A DNA stretch of 64,000 nt from Rhynchobatus australiae. Taxonomy: Eukaryota. Where the stretch lies: assembly GCA_034780895.1 (NCBI GenBank), contig JAUZTB010000118.1:47500335-47564334 (forward strand). Reading direction: 5' to 3'. The position numbers and the translations under genes were made by a program. Below are positions 38,854 to 52,639 of the stretch, piece by piece. A model generated the notes under the pieces. That model had not been told where the DNA came from and ran no database searches. It saw only the letters and a program-made list of their open reading frames with translations. Numbering within the stretch: the stretch's first letter is position 1; every line of letters begins with the position of its first letter.

Positions 38854-40474
38854 ACTAGATTTTCCCCATGTTGAACATTTGGCTTCTTGCATTGCCCTTA
38901 TTCACACGTATGGCCAAATTATCAGGCAGGACTTCAGATGGAACACTTACTTCTCTTGCTCAATTGGGTCCAAGACCAGTTTACCTTCTTATGACATTTT
39001 CTCATCAATTACTCTTCATTCCTGATTGCCTGTATTTGTTTAGTGAATCAAATACTGCTCCTAAAGCCTCTCATCATTCNNNNNNNNNNNNNNNNNNNNN
39101 NNNNNNNNNNNNNNNNNNNNNNNNNNNNNNNNNNNNNNNNNNNNNNNNNNNNNNNNNNNNNNCATCATGATACCCTTTAACTTGTCTGAATTTGCACTGT
39201 TGAAATTTAAAATATATAATACAGTGCATTTCTCCAAATGATTCCTTTGGTTTCTCAAAACAATAAAGTTGTTACATTTCTCCTACTTTTCTCCTTTTAT
39301 ATCTATCACTTTCAAAATCCTGGTTTGGGATCACTGATTTTAATTTCAATGCTTCTGTGCATTTTCTATACCTCTTTGCCTCATGATTTTATCTTCACTT
39401 TTAAGATCCTCCTTAAAAGTCACCCCTTTAACCATCCAGCCTAGACCTCATCATATGTTTTAGCATCTTTTCCTGTTTGATTATACTTCATGAAGTGCCT
39501 TGGAGGATTTTTATTTATGTCTGTGTGATATAAATGCAAATCATTGTTGAGTTGACCTGTTCTGTGGAGTCAGTTTCTACATTTTTTATTCTTGGTTTGG
39601 AGAAGCAATAATCTGCAGAAGGAAAACAATGGTATTTGTAGCGCATTCTTGATAAAAACCTCAGAGCAACATTGATGGAGAAATCCTAGGAACCACCCTC
39701 ATATTCTAAAATATTGTATTGAATAACTTTTCTTTTCCTATCCCAGGACAAATGAGATCAAATGGAATGTCTGCCTTGTTTACCTTCACTAACTCAGAAT
39801 AAGGGATTAAAGCAGGGACCTAACCCAACTCTGATCATAATGGCTTCCTGTTTTCAATGTTTAGATTTGATATGCTAAACTAACAGGCACCTCAAGCTAG
39901 GCTTTTCCTTTCACCAAAATGATGATCTACACCAACGTGAGGAGTTCTTAATGAAATTAAAGGTTTTACATTTGTAACAGATATGAAAAACACTGAAATG
40001 CACTATGCTAGACATACTTCAATGGCCTAGAGAGTAACAGAGGAAAGAAAACAAAGCGATTGAATCTCCCAGAAACTTTACATCAGTTGAATGTCATTAA
40101 AAAATAGTGTTGAAGCAGTCGTATACAACAGGCAGAACACGTATTGAAGGTAAATCCCAAACCTGGTTCACTGATGAAAGCAGGAGTAGTTTCACCGCTG
40201 TAACATCTTCCTGTAACAGTGGCGGCTATGATTTAGTTTCATTAATTGAATAAGAGCTACATTATTCAGCAGCATTAATAGGCCATTCTTTGTAAAGTGC
40301 TGATTACAAAACTTGTCTGCACATCAAATTGTAATAAACCTTTTATTATTAAAGAAAAGTAACATCAAATTGCATCTCTGTTTAAAAGACAAACATATAT
40401 TGCATATTCTTTGAAATCCTGGATTTGGAGTTCCCCAAACCCCTCAAAAATGTAGACTCATTTTAAAAAAAAAT

Positions 40475-40805
40475 CTGGGCATTACTAGCAAGGTGAGCAA
40501 TTATTGTCCTTTCCTAATTGCCTTTGGGAAGGCGGTGGTAAGCTGCCTTCCTAAACCACACCAGTTTATCTGATGAAGCTCCTTTCACAATGGTATTATG
40601 AGAAAATTCCATAATTTAGACCCAGCACCAATGAAGGACCTGCAATATATTCCCAATCAGGATGTGGTGTGACTTAGAGGGCAACATGCAGATAGTGGTG
40701 TTCCCATGCTCCTGCTGTCCCTTTCCTTCTGGGTGTTGGGGGCTGCAGATTTAGGAGGTGCTATGGGAGTAGCCTAGGCAAGTGACTGCAGCACATCTTG
40801 TAGAC
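40475..40805 (-). mobile_element. LINE (CR1/L2-related) 3' end
   Basis: The minus strand resembles an elasmobranch LINE C-terminus (..FRKAAYHRLPKGN*) with tail GGCAATTAGG..CAATAA.TGC. A related + copy lies at about 51101-51195. Confidence 0.55.
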
Positions 40806-40999
40806 AAGGACCGTATACCACAGAGATCAATAGCCCGGATCAATGTATCTCACAATTAGGCTGTCCCCTACCTTAAGAGACACTCAAGAAATAATGTCAC
40901 AAAGTTTACATTGAGAGTTAGAACCTTGGATCAGTGGTATTACAGTTGCTTCTGAAACTGCTTATTGGCTTCTGCACCACTCCAGTATTTGAGCACAGA

Positions 41000-43085
41000 A
41001 GGATTTTAGAATAGGTGCAGGAGCAGGCTAGGTCCTCTCATGCATGTTCCGTGATTCAATGAGTTAATGACTGAAGTGATCTTGGCCTAAACTCCACCAA
41101 TGCTCAATTCCTCGAAGGTTTAAAAAATCTATCCAAGTTCTTGACTCCCCCACTAGAGAAATCATTCTCCTGGTATCTATACTGTGAAGCCCCTTTGGAA
41201 TCTTGTTTCTTTCTAAGTTCCAGAGTCAACCCATTCTAATTCATCTTTTCTCATAATCTCTCTTCTTTACATGGAATCAATCTAGTTAACATTCTCCACT
41301 CTGCTTCCACAAAAAGCATAGTCTTACGTAGGTAGTGTTCCAGGTGTGGCATCAGTAAATCCTATCCAGCTGAAGCAAAGCCTTCCTACCTGCGTACTGC
41401 ATCCTCCTTGCGAAAAACGTCAACGTCCCAATTTGGAAATTAAGTCTCAATGAGCACCAGTATTCAAGAATAAGTTTTCTTAACTAATACTCTGCTTTTT
41501 CCACCACAGTGAAGAACTTTTAATTTCTCCATATTTGACACTATTTGCCATGGTACTCATAGAGTCATAGAGTCATACAGCATGGAAATAGGTCTTCCAG
41601 CCCACCAAGTCTGCACTGATCATCAAGCATCCATTTATACTAATCCCATTTTATTCTCCCATATTCCTATTAACTTCCNNNNNNNNNNNNNNNNNNNNNN
41701 NNNNNNNNNNNNNNNNNNNNNNNNNNNNNNNNNNNNNNNNNNNNNNNNNNNNNNNNNNNNNNNNNNNNNNNNNNNNNNCCCATATTCCTATTAACTTCCC
41801 CAGATTCTACCAGCCACCTATACTAGGGGCAGTTTCTGGTGGCCAATTCAATTACCACCCTGTACATTTTTGCGACATCAGAGGAAATTGGAGCACCCAG
41901 AACAAACCCGTGCAGTCACATGGAGAATGCACAGACAGCATCTGAGGTTAGGATTGAACCTGGGTCACTGGAGATGTGGGGCAGTAACTCTACTTGCTGC
42001 ACCACTGTGTTGCCCATTTGGTCTTTGTAAACTATTAGTGTCCTTTTCACAATTTATTTTCCATCCACCTTTGTAACATCAGAATCTTTTTTGATACAAT
42101 GTATCCAATCCCTTTGTCTATTCTTTAATATAAATTGTAAACAGATGAGAATCCAGCATTGATCCTAAAGGCACCCTTGTACTTATAATTTGCCAACCTA
42201 AAAATGAATGGTATCCCTCCTCTTTGCTTTCTGTCAGTTAACTTATCTCCTACCCTTACCAACGTATTGCTGCTAATACAATGAATCCATATCTTGTGCA
42301 GTAACTTAATGAATATCTTTTGGAAACTTAAGTACGCTACATCCACTCGTTCCCAAAGTCCATCCTGCAATGAACTCAATGAAATTTGTCAAACACAATT
42401 TCTATTTCATAAAAAAACATGTTTTCTGTGCTTAATCAGATAAGTTCCTAATTATCTGGTTACTAGTTCGCTAATAATAGATTTCAGCAATTTTTTAATA
42501 GCAGATAATAAGCCTGTAGATGATAATCCTACTTTCTCTCTCCTTCCTTCCTTGGATACATTATTATATTTCCAGTTATCCAATCTGTTGGGACTTTTCC
42601 TAGTCCAGGGAATTTATGAAGCTTATAGCCAATGCATCCACAACCCCTACAGTCAACTCCATTAGAATCCTGTAATGCAGGCCATCGGGTCTAGTGCACT
42701 TGTCAGGCTTTAGACTTATTAGTTTGTCTAGTACTTTTTCTCTCATGATGATAATGCTTTAATTTATTGCCTTCTGATATTTCTTTTGATTTTTGGCATT
42801 TTTTTCAGTATCAATCCTGAAAACAGATGCAAAATATTTATTTAACATCTCTGCTATTTTCCCATCCCCCATTATTAATTTACCCATCCCACCGTCTCAG
42901 AGGCCAATGTTTATCTTTGCTCATTGCTTCCTTTTCAAATACCTGTAGAAGCTCTTGTAATGTTTTTACTTTTCTTGCTAGTTTACTCTGATATTTCATT
43001 TTTTGCACCTTTACAAAATTTTTAATTAGCTTTTGCTGGTTTCTTATAATTCTCCCAATCATCTGGTCTACCAGTATTTTTCACA
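41000..43085 (-). mobile_element. Decayed CR1 LINE interrupted by a SINE
   Basis: Minus ORF 42125-42379 (VDVAYLSFQK.F..LL.KI....DRKQR) is RT-like. CR1 3' UTR-like text lies at about 41000-41100. Confidence 0.7.
41558..42015 (-). mobile_element. HE1-like (V-SINE) tRNA-derived SINE
   Basis: The minus strand has a tRNA-like head (GGGCAACACAGTGGTGCAGC...CAGGTTCAATCC), a V-domain-like GGTTTGTTCTGGGTGCTCC and a CR1-type tail (..GTATGACTCTATGACTCTATG). Confidence 0.8.
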
Positions 43086-46000
43086 TTGTAAGAAACATAA
43101 CCTCAGCTGATATTTCAGCACACCAGATGAAACAAGCAAAATTGATCTGCCTCTTTTGAAATGAACTTAAAAGAACCATGGACTTTTTGTGACAAAGATC
43201 TTGTGGTTCCCTTGGTGGACTGACCAACATTCATATTTTAACTCTACAGAAAACAATGAATTCCATTTCTTGTTTGTGAACTTAGTAAGAGTGCAAAATG
43301 CTGCTGGATTTACTGACATTACAAGAGTGACTACATTTGAAAAATACTTCATTCATTTTTAGGCACCATGAAGATATGAAAGACTTTTCTCTAGTGGTCA
43401 ACTAACCCTTACTCGTCCTTTACAACTAGCTCAAAAGTACTGAAGATAGGAGCCTATGACTGGATGGGCTCTATCAGCTGTCACATGATTTGGGNNNNNN
43501 NNNNNNNNNNNNNNNNNNNNNNNNNNNNNNNNNNNNNNNNNNNNNNNNNNNNNNNNNNNNNNNNNNNNNNNNNNNNNNNNNNNNNNNNNNNNNNNNNNNN
43601 NNNNNNNNNNNNNNNNNNNNNNNNAAAACATACATTGCTCTAGATCTTGAAGAAATGGCATTTAATCTGAGGACTAACTGCATCAAAACATCTGTTATGA
43701 GTAGAAGTTAAATTTTGCTCTCTCTGTCAATCCCTTCCTGAACTGTTATTTGTGATTTCCCAACCTGTAACCCCTCTGCTCCTACCCATATTCCTGTCCT
43801 TTCTCATTATAGCAATTTATTCTGGTTGGGGTTTGTGGAGGGTGCCCATTCTTCACATGAAAGTTAGGCTGCTCTCAAGGGTTAGATTTTTTTCTGGGAA
43901 AATTGTGAGCAGACCTGTAGATCCTTTGAAGCCTCCAACGTTCATTGTTGTGCATGTCACAGACTTTGTTCTCTTTGTTCAGTTGCAATGATAATATCGT
44001 GAATGTAATTGATTCTTAGTGAACTGAGTTTAGCATTTGATTCTCTCCAATGTTTGTATGATTGAGATATTATATCTGATCCAACATAAGAATGATTTTA
44101 CCCCACCCTTAAAATGCCACTGTGATTCCCTTCTAGAGTTGATAACTTTAAATCTGTCCAAATGTCAAAGGGCCACATCCTTTAATATACTTACTGAACA
44201 AAGAGAGCATGAAATAATTTGGTTAACCTCATCTCCTGCTCCTGGGCATGCCATGCTTTTATATGAATATACATCAGGCTGCGATTATATTCACTCTTGA
44301 TCAGTTTATAGCTGAGCTCAAACAGGATAGAGGATTAACCTCTAATTAGTTACCACTCATCTGGGCAATAACTGTAATGTANNNNNNNNNNNNNAAAGGT
44401 GCATTTCACTGTGTGTTTCAAGGTACATGTGACTAATAAAGATATCTTCCATCTTATTTCCAAGTCTAATGAAATGAATGGGTCTTTTGTTTTTAAACTC
44501 AATAGTTTCCATTCCAACAAGTCCCAAAATAACAGGTTATATTGAAAACTTTGCCAGAATCTTTCTGTCTCAGTTGCTTCAAATTTAATGCTACCAGTGT
44601 TTGAATTATGTACCTTGCAGGAGAATATGCGAATTTATGTTCTCATAACCCCTCTGACTCTAATCAAGCTTTATTTTGCTCTCATTTTCTCTCTTCACTT
44701 GTGTAATTAATTTCCTGGTTCTTTTGAACTCTTATAACTTAATATCCTTTCTAAATTGGGTGAACTGGACGTGTCCACGGTATGGCAAATGCAGCCTCAA
44801 CATTGAAAGGTAATTTTTGGATTGTATCTCTTGAATTCACATTTACATTCCAAATGGAGCATCTCAATGTGATATTTGGTTTCTTAACTACCATGAAATA
44901 CTGATGGTTTTAATGTGCTGTCCAGGCAAACTTAACACTGAATTTTACTTGCATTTGGCACACAATGGAACCAGGTTTCTGTTCCCACTGTTTCACTGAA
45001 ATGACTCTAACCAAAGTCAAATGGCAACTTTTGTGACTAACTTTGGTACACCATCTCCTCAATTTGTCAACCTGTGAGGAGTTTTTGAAATGGACTTCTA
45101 CCCCATCATTCCCTGTCCACCTCACCAACACGTTTCCTCCATTTCCCAGTTCAAAGAAATTTGAGTCCATTTTTATGTCCATACTTCCTCATCTATGTGT
45201 TAGATTTCCAAAACTCATCCACAGGCATAGGATCAATTTCCATATGTTTCTTAGGGGTTAAGTGGGCTAATATCCAAAGGCTTCTTTTGGATTCAGTGAA
45301 CTAATACCCACAGAGTTCTGATAGATTCATTCAACCAATACCCACTGGTTTGTGATGAGTTCAACCAATACCCACAGATTTCCAATATTCATTGGACAAA
45401 TAGCCACACTTTTTTAATACTTTCAATTGACTACGCTGGGTTTTGTGTTCAATTAGGTGAAATGATGGAATGTAAACATTACTGTAGTGACCAGACAGAG
45501 ATATGGGGACAAGAGTAAAATAGCTGCAGATTTTGATACCAAAATATACTGTATGTATGGGGACTGCAGAGACCCTTTGTTAATTCTTTGACTTTCAGGT
45601 ATGTTCTTTTGGGTGGTCTGTCTGCTGCGTCATTGAGGTGAGAAAATGTGCTCTGTGATGCATGGCCGGTCACAAGTATTAAGGGTCATTCATACCCTTT
45701 GGCTTTGGACCTTGAAGAGACACATTTCTCCTTACTGAAGACTTAGTGCGTAAGAAAGGGTACATACTTTACAAGCACCAACTTCCTTGGATATAGCATC
45801 GTTAATATGACAGAATGTCCCAATGTACTTGACTGACTATACACCGTGAACCAATAAATAATTTGGTTAGAATTGAAATTGCCTATATGGCTGCAGTTCA
45901 GTGTTACTTCTTCCCTCCCCTAATGTTGAACATTCACAGTCCTAGTCAGGAATTAATTATGATCATGCCAAGCATGACAAATGAACTTGTGTGTTCCTTG

Positions 46001-46132
46001 TCCTTGAAACTCAATCCTTCTTGGAAAGCCAGCAATGACAGATCCAGATTGATTTTCCACAGGAGAATGTTTTGCATCTTGGTTTACAATGTCTCTAAAC
46101 TAACTAATCCTTGTTGTCATTGATACCCGTAG

Positions 46133-46264
46133 CACCAAGCACTGTGCCAGTGACTCCAATTCCTTCTGCTGCCACAGATTCAGCGGGATCTTCCTACTCC
46201 ATCAGTGGAATTCTGGGAATCACACCATCTAATAATGAGAATAACAAGAGAAAACGCAATGAAG
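46133..46264 (+). CDS. pax5: Pax5 exon 5 (octapeptide exon: [44 protein letters not shown])
   Basis: Branch-like CTAAC/CTAAT near 46100, acceptor CGTAG|C, donor AAG|GTAAGT at 46265. [17 protein letters not shown] and NKRKR match Pax5. Confidence 0.93.
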
Positions 46265-46356
46265 GTAAGTGCAAATGTGATGGATTAAAAGAAGATGCAC
46301 TTTATGGGAATCTAGAAACAAGTGTCAGTAATCAGTGAAAAGAAAACAAGCACTTT

Positions 46357-46688
46357 GGGGTGGTTCAATGGTGCAGCTAGTGGAGCTGCTGCCCCAACGC
46401 TCCTGGTTCCGACCTGACCCCTGGTGCACCTGCTCATTATCCATGTGATTGCATGGGTTTCCTCTGATGTTCTGGTTTTCTTCCATATTCCGAAGATGTG
46501 CAGGTCAGTAGGTTAATTGGCCACTGTACATCACCCCTGGTGTGGTGAGTGGTAGAACCTGTGAGGAGTTGATGGGAATGTGGTGAGAATAAGAATGGAA
46601 TTAATGTAAGATCAGTGTAAATAATGCGCTTGATGGTTGGTGCGGTCTCAGTCGCTGAGGGGTCTGTTTCCATACTGTATGACTCTCT
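46357..46688 (+). mobile_element. HE1-like (V-SINE) SINE
   Basis: Head TGGTGCAGCTAGTGGAGCTGCTGCC, V-domain GCATGGGTTTCCTCTGATGTTCTGGTTTTCTTCC, AGGTTAATTGGCC and tail CTGTTTCCATACTGTATGACTCT. Confidence 0.8.
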
Positions 46689-46837
46689 GGTAAAACTTCT
46701 ATTTTTTNNNNNNNNNNNNNNNNNNNNNNNNNNTGCATCATGTTGACATTGACAAAATATAGCAAAGTGAAAATTAACGTTCAAATTTCTTATCATTTAT
46801 AAACAACAACTTCAAAATCCAATCCACAATCCAGACA

Positions 46838-48268
46838 AAGATCCAAAATTGACTTGGTCATAGAAGACAGAATATAGTGGTGGAGGGGTGTTTCTCTGAC
46901 AGGAGGTCTGTGACTGGTGATGTTCCGCACAGATCAGTGGTGGGACCTCTGTTGTTTGTGATATGTATAAATGATCTGGACGAAAATGTAGGTGTGCTGA
47001 TTGGTAAGTTTGCAGATAACATAAAAATTGGTGGAGTTGTAAATAGTGAGCAAGGTTGTCAAAGGATACAGCAAGATATAGATCAGTTGGAAATTTGGGG
47101 TGGAGAAATGGTGCATGGTGCTTGCTCCAGATGTGTCAAGTGTTGCATTTTTGGGAGGTAAGAGGAAATTATACAGTAAATGGCAGGACCCACAGGATCA
47201 TTGATGGTCAGAGGGATCTTGGGGTGCAAGTCCATGGCTCCCTGAAGGTGTCTACACAAGTGGATAGAGTGGTAAGGAAGGCATACGGCATTCTTGCCTT
47301 CTTCAGTTTGGGGCATTAAATATAAAAGTTGGGAAGTCATGTTGCAACTGTATAAAATATTGGTTAGGCCACATTTGGATTATTGTGTGCAGTTTTGGTC
47401 ACCGCACTATAGGAAGGGTGTGGAGGCTCTGGAGCGGGTTAGGGTTAGGAGAGGTTCACCACCAATCACCTAACTCTCCTCTTACCCCTTCCCTTCTCTA
47501 CCCAGCTCCATCTGCCTATATTTTTTTCCTTAAGTGTTTTCACCTGTCACCTACAAGACTCTGCCTACCCTCCTCCTCCCCTACCGGCTCCATCTGCCCC
47601 TCATCCAACCTCGTCTGGTTCCAGCTATCACTTCCTGGCCTCTTGTCTCATCCCTCATTCTTATTTCTATATTCTCTCTACACTCTCAGTCTTGATGCAA
47701 AATTTTGACTCAAGATGTTGACCATCCCTTTGCCTCCACAGATATTGCTTGACCCATTGAATTCTTCCAGCAGTTTGTTTATTTGCTCCAGATTCTGGCA
47801 CCTGCAGTCTCTTGTGTCTCCATCCACCAGGATGTTGACTGGATTGGAGAGTGTTAGCTATAAGGAGAGGTTGGACAAACTTGGATTGTTTTCTCTGGAG
47901 CGTCAGAGGCTGAGGGATGACCTGATAGAAGTTTACAAGGTAATAAGTGGCATAGATAGTCGGAGTCTTCTTCCCCAGGGTGGAAATATCAAATACGAGA
48001 GGGGATAGGTTTAAGGTGAGGGGGGAAAGTTTAAAGAAGAGTTGTGAGACAAGTTTTTTACACAGGGTGTGGTAGGTTCATGGAATGCATTGCCATAAGC
48101 AGATATGAAGGTAAAGTTTAAGAGACATTTGTACAGATACATTAACAGGCAGGGAATGGACAGATACAGATCTTGGGCAGGCAGATGGGATTAGTTTAGA
48201 CTGACATCATGGTCAGTACAGACATGGTGGAACGAGGGGCCTTTTCAGGTGATGTGTTGTTCTATGTT
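46838..48268 (+). mobile_element. 5'-truncated CR1 LINE (RT C-terminal half and 3' UTR)
   Basis: ORFs 46877-47161 (VP..SVVGPLLFVICINDLD..KFADNIK), 47056-47319 (QRDLGVQVH) and the end of 47715-48008 (SYKERLDKLGLFSLE..RLR.DLIEVYK). Tail TTCTATGTTC. Confidence 0.9.
47461..47823 (+). mobile_element. Penelope-type terminal repeat nested in the CR1
   Basis: Similar to 38530-38853. It splits the CR1 text AGGTTCACC|AGGATGTTG. Confidence 0.75.
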
Positions 48269-51200
48269 CAAGCAGACAGATTATATAAAGGACNNNNNNN
48301 NNNNNNNNNNNNNNNNNNNNNNNNNNNNNNNNNNNNNNNNNNNNNNNNNNNNNNNNNNNNNNNNNNNNNNNNNNNNNNNNNNNNNNNNNNNNNNNNNNNN
48401 NNNNNNNNNNNNNNNNNNNNNNNNNNNNNNNNNNNNNNNNNNNNNNNNNNNNNNNNNNNNNNNNNNNNNNNNNNNNNNNNNNNNNNNNNNNNNNNNNNNN
48501 NNNNNNNNNNNNNNNNNNNNNNNNNNNNNNNNNNNNNNNNNNNNNNNNNNNNNNNNNNNNNNNNNNNNNNNNNNNNNNNNNNNNNNNNNNNNNNNAGTTA
48601 CCTCGTGATCATCTTTAAAACTCAGTTCTTATCTGCAAACACCAAGTCTGGTTTACAAACACAAGTTCCTGCTCGCTCCCTCTCTCTCCCTGTACATGTG
48701 TGTGGTGTTTCTGGAGTCATTTCAAGTTGCAAAACTCTGTAGGTGTGTGGCAAGCACTGAAGGACACCGCTGACTGCACAAATCAGTTGCTGCCAAACAT
48801 TGGTGCAATAGTAGGCATTTGCCATGCAATTAGGCATGATTGGGAGAATGAGTGGCATGGATAGTTGGACAAGACACAGGAAATAAGGAGGAGGATTTGA
48901 GTATTACAGCCTTCAGCGACAGTCCGTAACTGCCTATGTGTTCGGGGAATTGTTGTCTCACCTGAATCTCAGGCAAGGATCAAAGAGTGAACATCAGTAT
49001 AGATATCTTTACAAAAATCTTTCATCAGCTGCAGTTACACTTTGACTTTGGAGCAATGCATCACCACATTGCTCCTGACTTCAAGATGAATGGGATCAAA
49101 GGACATCTTCTCAAAGCATCTTGCTCCTGCCAGGCTGGGACTGGAGATAATTGCAAAATCTCATAGTTCCCCACCTGCTGATATGTAAAGAAGGTCAGGA
49201 ACACTCTCTTGGAAATAATTACATTTAATTTGTTCTTATAAGAGACCAGTAGACAGTGGGAGCATACTTTTGCAAATTACAGCAATTAATACACTTTTCT
49301 GCAATTTTATCTGCCCCATCTACAACTCAGCCAGCAGTTTTAGAACTTCATTCCACACTTTAGGTCGGCCATTACTTTATATTTTATTTGATTTTCATTA
49401 CACATCATAAATTACTTGGTTTAGTGAGCCTGGTGATATTTCTCATAACTGGTTGTCGATTGGAGCTAGAATGAAATCTGAATGTTCTGGACATAGAGCT
49501 TTTTAAAATTATGTTGTTTTATTATTGATGTACAAATGCAAATGGTTTTCCATGCCCCTACCTTCCCTTTTGCAGTTTGCACTTTCTATGAGATTTTATA
49601 GTCTGGAAAGTTTGCAAAGTACTTTGCCATAACAGNNNNNNNNNNNNNNNNNNNNNNNNNNNNNNNNNNNNNNNNNNNNNNNNNNNNNNNNNNNNNNNNN
49701 NNNNNNNNNNNNNNNNNNNNNNNNNNNNNNNNNNNATAACAGATGTGTATGCCTGGGCATATTCATTGTGACATTGTTTGCATTACCAGTTAATTGAAAG
49801 ACTGCTGTAGAGCAGGAGTGAATAGGGTGATAGCAATGGCAATCTAGAGACCTGTAGTTGTTAGTCCGTTTACTGAATTGTTCAAGACTGGGAGTGGGAA
49901 GGTGATATGCAATTCGGTTCCAATTCATATTAGAATGATTATCATTTTACAGAATACATGGAGTGTGTGATATTTTTCTGACATTCAGCTTTTGTATATT
50001 TCTGTTACCAAACCGTATTTGGCCATTGTGTTGTGTACTCTACACTATCAGTGGATTTCATAATGCTTGGCATTGCATTATTCAAAAATCTAATATATTA
50101 TTTCTCCAAAATAGTCCTCCACTTAGATATTTCAGGTAAAGGCTGCTTGACTATTGAATGATTCTTTTTATATTTCATTGTGCTGGATAATCAGAATATG
50201 TAGTACTGCCCAACATGATCTATAACAAAGACTGGTACATATTTTCTAATAACATTGTAATTATATCCCAATAGCATAAATACCAAATGCCCTCTCTCAA
50301 GAGTCACCTAACACTATTTTAACCATGCAATTAGATTGCATAAATAATTACAGTCTTTCACAAGCACATGGATTAAAAAAGTACAATTTCACAGTGGTAT
50401 GGTTGAAGTTTAATTGTGCTTGAATTGAAAGGAAGGGATTTATAATCCTTGAATAATATTTACTGTATATGCTGCTGCTGTTCTGGGTCAGGGGCTTAGT
50501 TTTGTGTATTTTCACCATTTTAATAGAATTCTAGACAACCTTTTCATGGTTTCTGTATGATGAAAACACATCACTATCAATATTCAAAAACAAAGAAATT
50601 TATGGTACCTTATGTAACTTCAGGTCATCCAAAAGTATTTTACATCCAATAAAGTACTTTCAAAATGTAGGCAATATTGTTATGTAAGAAATAATTTACA
50701 GATAACATGGACCTTCNNNNNNNNNNNNNNNNNNNNNNNNNNNNNNNNNNNNNNNNNNNNNNNNNNNNNNNNNNNNNNNNNNNNNNNNNNNNNNNNNNNN
50801 NNNNNNNNNNNNNNNNNNNNNNNNNNNNNNNNNNNNNNNNNNNNNNNNNNNNNNNNNNNNNNNNNNNNNNNNNNNNNNNNNNNNNNNNNNNNNNNNNNNN
50901 NNNNNNNNNNNNNNNNNNNNNNNNNNNNNNNNNNNNNNNNNNNNNNNNNNNNNNNNNNNNNNNNNNNNNNNNNNNNNNNNNNNNNNNNNNNNNNNNNNNN
51001 NNNNNNNNNNNNNNNNNNNNNNNNNNNNNNNNNNNNNNNNNNNNNNNNNNNNNNNNNNNNNNNNNNNNNNNNNNNNNNNNNNNNNNNNNNNNNNNNNNNN
51101 ACTGCAGCCATTCAAGAAAAAAAAACACTTTTTCAAAGACAATTAGGGTTGAGCACTAAGTTCTGGCCTTGCCGACAACCCTCACATCCTGAAACTAAAG

Positions 51201-52179
51201 TGACCTAGGGCTAACATATTTGGCTTCCAAATAGCTTAAAGAGGGTCACTTAACAGCAATGAATGTGCAATAAAGAAATTTACTGTTTATGAAGTATGCC
51301 TGAAGATTTGGAAATTATCTGAATGTTATCTCTCCCAGATCAGTGTGTGTATAATCATTGTTGGTTAGGGCAGGAATTCTAACTTGAGGAGTATGAGATT
51401 TGTGTGAAAGAATGGATATTGTTATTATTTTGCCAAAAAACTTTTCCCCTAATTGTCTCCACTTCTCTTGTTTGAAAGCTGTTGACTACTGAGAGGAAAT
51501 ATTTGGTGGTTGGGGTGGAGATTAATGGCAGGGGTAATTCCACAGCAGCTTTGCACTAATGGCACCTCTCTAAAGTTGCTATCCTTCACCAAGAGTGAAC
51601 CTGGAAAGTGAATGATTCTGCCCATCGCTCTGATGAGAAACTCTGAGGTCTTTAAAATGCCATATAAGTATTATATTTCCAACAGATGAGTTAACAAAGA
51701 GTTGTGCTTTCAGATCAACCTTGATTTGGTAAATAAAAATGATGCTAAATTTAAGAAATTGTAGCAAGACAATGATAAAAATCAAGACTACCTCAAAGGC
51801 TGATGTTCTGGAAGGAATTTGAGAGACGGTTTTCAAGGCTTTTGGCAGCATGCAGCTCCTTGTGCACTTAAATTTGGGCTGTTTCATTTTTGAGACTTCA
51901 TCTTATAGCCTTTGCTTAAATAAATAAAAACAACCCAGTCCTCCAATTGTAAATAGATATATGTTTGGGTATGTACATGTGCCACTCATATTTGTATATG
52001 CACCTGTCTGTGTGTGTGATGTGGATTGCAGGTATAGAATAGGGTGGAATTATGATACCCCGTGTGACCAAATTGCCTATAAAATACCCAGTTCTTTAAG
52101 TTATTCAATTGATGGGAAACAGAAGGAGGTGCACAGGATGGCCATCCATTAAGCCCCTCCCTGAATAAGAATCAATGCA

Positions 52180-52590
52180 GTCAGGGGACACGAGAGTGAG
52201 TCAGCGCCTTCAGAGGTGGTTGCAGAGAGGGTCAGCACCTTCAAGGGGTGGGAGAGGAAGTCAGCACCTTCAGGGACTGCAGGAGAGAGTCAGTGCCTTT
52301 GGGGCATGGGAGAGAGAGAGTGAGCACTTTCACAGAGTGGAAGAGAGGGTCAGCACCTTCAGTAGTTGGAGAGAGAGGTAACATCTACAGGGATAAGAGT
52401 GAGTGAGTGTAAGGATGTAGAGGGTAGGGTGGGGTGGACTCAGCACCTTATGGTGTCAGCACCTTTTGTGACGTGCCAGATAATCAATAATTTCATGGAT
52501 TTGAGAGAGGGTCAGCAGCTTCAGGGGGTGGGAGAGAGTGTTTACACCTTCAGGGTTATAATAGAGTCTAAAGGGGAAGGGAGAGAATGT
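52180..52590. repeat. Degenerate ~30-bp minisatellite (GTCAGCACCTTCAGGGGTGGGAGAGAG-like)
   Basis: TCAGCACCTTCA-type units recur near 52200, 52231, 52260, 52289, 52320, 52349, 52440 and 52512. Confidence 0.85.
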
Positions 52591-52639
52591 CACTTTTAGT
52601 GAGAATGAGTAAATTAACATCTTGAAGGATTATGCAGAC

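Noticed and set aside
41940-42015. tRNA gene
   Set aside because: The A/B-box-like sequence is the head of a SINE, with no complete cloverleaf. The same applies at 46357 and 55335.
48209-51159. Long ORFs in the ORF track (for example 48209-48742 and 50640-51128)
   Set aside because: They are open only because they run through N gaps.
52180-52590. ~30-bp repeats as a CRISPR-like array or coding repeat
   Set aside because: Units are degenerate and adjacent with no unique spacers, and the context is a vertebrate intron. It is an ordinary minisatellite.
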